Below, one piece after another: positions 49,901 to 54,371 of a DNA stretch of 54,371 nt. Each line of letters opens with the position of its first letter. The first letter of the stretch is position 1. The stretch is from Octopus sinensis (lineage: Eukaryota): contig NW_021833878.1 in assembly GCF_006345805.1 (NCBI RefSeq), positions 1 to 54,371 of the forward strand, read 5' to 3'. The translations under genes were made by a program, and so were the position numbers. The notes under the pieces were generated by a model that did no database searches, was not told the origin of the DNA, and saw only the letters and a program-made list of their open reading frames with translations.

Positions 49901-50559
49901 CACCTATCTACAACATGTCCCCAACATTTAAACAACCAGTTAACCATTCAACGACATTGTTTTTAATTTCGCATCGCATTCTTTTATTCGTTCTTTTGTC
50001 TTTCGGATTCCTTTTTCTGCTTAAGTGTTATGTATGAGAGTGGTCGTCTCTGCGGATATGTACGAGTGTGCGTGCGCACGCGTACATAGTTACATGTATG
50101 TCGCTACATGTACGGCTATGTGCTTGTGTGTCTGTGTGTCCGTGTGTGTGTGTCTGTGTGTATATTTTCAAAGGCAGATCAAGGCGCCTTTCAAAGAGAT
50201 ATTAGTCATAGAAAAATGAAGGAGATCATTTTTTTTTTGTGTTGTTTTTCCTCTTTCCCTCCTGCACCCCCAGCCCCACCCCCCAGCCATCTGAAAGCTT
50301 TTAAAAGCCAAGTCCCATGGCCTGATTGGTAGCTGATTTATGGCTTGGCTTCTTGGCTCTTTCATCGATCTTTCTCTCTCTCTCTCACTTTCTCTCTCTG
50401 TCTCTTTCTCTCTCACACTTTCTCTCCCTCCCTCCCCTCCCTCCCCTCCCTCTCTTCTGTGTCTTTCCTGATCCAGCCCTGATTCATCTGAGATGATGGT
50501 CACATGTGATGGCGGAGACATGAAAGAGGGATCGTCGACATATGTGATTCATTGATAAT

Positions 50560-51200
50560 ATAGAGAGAGGAGGAGGAATCTGAAGAGAGAAAGAGAAATG
50601 AAGAGAGGGAGAGTATAGAGGGAGAGATAGAGACAGGAGAAGAGTGGAGGAGGAGGAGGATAAGTGAAGACAATATGAGTGAAAGAAAGAGAAAGAAGAA
50701 AGATAGTATGAAAAGAAGAGTTGAAGTGAGACAGAGAGGAAGAGGAAAAGCGCCAGAAGCAGAGAGCAAGAGGAGACAGAGAGAGACAGAGAGACAGAGA
50801 GAGAGAGACAGAGATGGAGAGAGAGAGAGGGAGAAATATAAAAAGGGATGAGTGAGGATTCGAGCGATAGAGATCGAGATAAGGAGATGAAGAGAGATGT
50901 GACGAGTGATAGAGAGATGCAGAGGGGAAAGAAGTTGAACAAAGAGAAAGAGACAGAGGGAGAGAGAAGGAGAGGTAAAAAGAAATAAGGGAAAGAGAAG
51001 GAGAAAGCTAAAAATGCGGGAGAAGAAGAAGCTGTATTGTAAAAGAAACGGATATTAAGAGAGAAAGAACGGGAAAGAGAGAGAGAGAGAGAGAGAGTAA
51101 AAAGAGAGGTCAAAATTTAGGGAGAGGGAGAGAGAGAAGGGAGAAAGCGAGGTAAAGAGAAATTGAAGATAGAGATAGACGGGATGAGGGAGAGAAGGGC
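50560..51200. repeat. Polypurine (GA/GAG-rich) low-complexity tract
   Basis: Direct reading. Confidence 0.9.
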
Positions 51201-51389
51201 ACAGATTTATTTTGTGTTAGCGTTAGAGATAAAGGTGTAGGTGGCGCTACGAACAGCAGAAAGTGCAAAGGCAGAAAGTACGAAGATTAGAAATATATTT
51301 CTGTATAGGCGCCATTTTATAAGCTGCGTATGTCCTTATCAGTAGCGTTGTTTGGGGAGGGGGGAGGACTGTTGGGAGGGTTCAGTTGA

Positions 51390-51570
51390 AGTACTAGTTT
51401 CAGTCATTTCACTGCAGCCATGCTGGGGCAGCGCCTTCAAGGAAATCAACCCCAGGACTTATTCTATTGGTCTCTTCAACCGAACTACTAAGTTACAAAG
51501 ATGTAAATACACCAACGCCGGTTGTCAAGCGGTGATGGGGGGGGGACAAACACAGGCACAGAGACACACA
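51390..51570 (-). mobile_element. SINE family A, 3' half
   Basis: TTTCAGTCATTTCACTGCAGCCATGCTGGGGCAGCGCC...CCCCAGGACTTATTC...ACACCAACGCCGGTTGTCAAGCGGTGATGGGG, matching 14768-15000. Confidence 0.8.
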
Positions 51571-51574
51571 CACG

Positions 51575-51948
51575 TCTATTATATAAAATCCGTTCTGTCT
51601 GTCTGTGTGTCTTCTAGGTTCTCGGGCATCCTCCATCCGATTGCGCTCAAATTTGATATGTAGATACCGAGGGTATCAGGGCGTGTTTAAGTCTTGAAAA
51701 ATTACAAAAATCGATTCCAGGTGAGAATACGATCGATAAAGCCGTGGGAACGTGCATTTGTACGTGCAATTACATCAGCTGTTGCGATCGATACTACGCA
51801 TACGCGAGAAAAATGCACATGCAGTTTGCGCAAAAAAAGCCGGTTTGCTTGAAATAATGCCACAAAATGGGACGATCTCAGAACATAAAGACGGACGAAA
51901 TGCCACTTAGCCTTTTTGTCCGGCTTACTAACCAAATCTGCCAGCTAG
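51575..51948 (+). mobile_element. Second non-autonomous Helitron-like element
   Basis: Starts TCTATTATATAAAATCCGTTCTGTCTGTC (5' TC), carries an internal CATCCGATTGCGCTCAAATTTG motif and has a possible terminal CTAG at 51945-51948; the 3' hairpin is unclear. Confidence 0.5.
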
Positions 51949-51959
51949 CCGCCTTAAAT

Positions 51960-52417
51960 ACAAATGATGAGAGCATGACCAGCCGTGGCAGCAGCAAAGC
52001 AATTGCCATGACCATCACCGTCCACAGCTGCATCACCACCGCCACCACCTTCACTTCTACCTGCCATAATGCTTCTGTGGCTTCGTCCACCACCGTTACC
52101 ATCAGCAGCAGCAGCAGCATCACCACATGCTTCACAGCCGACGCTACCCACCACCACCATCACCACAACTAGCATCATCACCCTCACTACCACCATCACC
52201 ACCACCACCATCACCACCACCACCATCACCCCTATAGTATCCGGTTCTTTATCAATCTCTCTCTCTCTTTTTCTCTCTCTCTCCCTCTCTGACGTCATGC
52301 AGTATATAACATTATACATCTGCCCGTTGTAAAAGTGGAAAACCTTGCCCAAGGTCATCGCTGTCCGTTGACATTTAACAGTGTTCTTGCAGCCAGTAGT
52401 AATAGTGCTAGTAGTGC

Positions 52418-52453
<36 letters not shown>

Positions 52454-52970
52454 AGGAGGTGGAGGTGGTGGTGGTGGATCTACTGGTGTTGTTGGTTGTG
52501 GATGGCAGAGCGATAGAATGTGAAGGTGATATTGGTGGTGGTGGTGGTGGTGATGGTGGTGGTGGTGGTGGTGGTGGTGGCGGTCGTGATCGTGATGGTG
52601 GTGAATGTGCTTGTGGCGGTGGCGGTGGTGATGATGGTGGTGGTGGTGGTGGTGCTGCTGATGATGATGATGATGAAGCTACAGGTGGTGGTGGTGGTGG
52701 TGGCGGCGGCGGCGTCTATGGCAATGGTGATGGTGCAGCTGTATGCTCGTACAATGCATAAGAGGAGGATGTCGATGATGGCGAATGATGATACATGCGC
52801 CAGTACAGGATGTGGTGCTTGGAGTTGATTGTATGACAGTAAGAGTAGCAGCAGCGGCAGTAGTAGCGGCGGTGGCGGTAGTAGTAGTGATGGTGGTGGT
52901 GGTGGTCATTGCATTGTTTATGGAGAACACTGTTGCAGGTGGTGGTGTCGGCGGCGGCGGCGGTTGCAGT
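51960..52970. repeat. GC-rich trinucleotide mosaics: (CAC/CAG)-rich 51960-52230 and (GTG/GCG)-rich 52390-52970
   Basis: Direct reading. Confidence 0.85.
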
Positions 52971-53024
52971 CAGCCATTTTACAATGTATATTGTGACATG
53001 TGTGATTAGATCTGCACTCCATGT

Positions 53025-53375
53025 ACAGATGCATGCATGCATGCATACATACATACATACATACAAACATACATACATACATACATACATACATGCATAC
53101 AAACATACATACATACATACATACATACATGCATGCATGCATGCATACATACATACATACATACATACATACATACCAAACATACATACATACATACAAA
53201 ACATACATCATACATACATGCAGTGCATACATACATACATAAACATACATACATACATACATGCATGCATGCATGCATACATACATACATACATACATAC
53301 ATACATACATGCATGCATGCCTACATACATACACACATACATACATACATACATCCATACATACATACATACTAT
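53025..53375. repeat. (TACA)n with recurring (TGCA)n blocks
   Basis: ATGCATGCATGC blocks recur near 53030, 53130 and 53260. Confidence 0.9.
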
Positions 53376-53596
53376 ATATATATATAATATATATAATATA
53401 TATATACACTCATATATACACACAATATTTACATATAGATGTGTCTGTGTATGTAAGGAGAGAGATTGAAGTGATGCAAGCCAAACCAACATACAAATGT
53501 GCGTGTGTATATAATTTGTCCGCATATGTATACGTATTCATGTATACACAAGCAATGAGACATAAATACACACACACACACACATATATATATATA

Positions 53597-53654
<58 letters not shown>

Positions 53655-54371
53655 GCATACTTATATACACCACTATGCATACACAAAACACACTCACACA
53701 CATATATCCAAGTGCAACTCACACATACCCATGCATACGTATGTACAACACATACATGCAGATATACAAATATATGCATAAAGCTGAAATTTAATTATAT
53801 TCATTTCTTTTTTATGTTCTTTTGCGCAATAATCTTGCGAATGCATATATGCTGATAATGAAAACGATGTTTCAAACGTGAGTATCCGCCGAGAATTCTG
53901 TGCGGAGTATGTGCGGGCATACTCGATGTTCGCTTCGTCTTTGATATAGACATTATATATGCAACCAGCGAATGTCTACAATAAAATAACAGTGAAAGCT
54001 TCTACCCTGGTGTATTCCGATCTTTAGTCCGGGAACATAATTTAAATTTCAAATCTGAATTGGAAATTTTGAGTCGTATATTATTATTCATGTATGAATA
54101 ACACACACATACATGCACGCACGATAGACACACGATAAACACACACACACATACTAACACATATACATACATGTATACATATTTAGATTGGTAGATAGAT
54201 AGATCGATAGAAAAGCAGATAGATCTATACATATATAGACACGTACAGGTTAAATATATATATATATACATATATACATCCATACATTACATACATACCT
54301 ACATACATACATGCATACAAACATACGTACGCACATACCGCACAAAATTAAAGATATTTTATCAATAGGTC

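Overview
Eukaryotic (animal) non-coding DNA, AT-rich and full of microsatellites. The repeat style (GATA/TACA/CA arrays, two abundant tRNA-derived SINE families, R4/Dong-like, RTE, CR1 and Tx1-like LINE fragments, mariner, maT and Helitron relics) resembles my recollection of octopod (Octopus) intergenic or intronic DNA; the species assignment is inference. I cannot support any intact host protein-coding gene, rRNA, tRNA or CRISPR array. Almost all ORFs in the supplied track are microsatellite translation artefacts; the recognisable protein similarity is from broken transposon ORFs. Best lead: a ~530-bp cassette at 45996-46525 with three hammerhead-ribozyme folds. A tRNA-headed SINE-like unit ends in a Penelope-type minimal hammerhead tail, is preceded by an inverted copy of that tail, and abuts a third, different hammerhead. 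This suggests a Pol III SINE mobilised by Penelope-like elements. Other leads: an R4/Dong-like LINE whose 3' end lies upstream of its body in a (TAA)n array; collinear Tx1-like fragments beside GATA arrays; a compact CRE-ETS-TATA-splice-donor promoter candidate at 29262-29330; a ~1.2-kb tandem duplication; a ~94%-identical inverted SINE pair; and a 1.8-kb (GAT/GGT)n array with higher-order structure.
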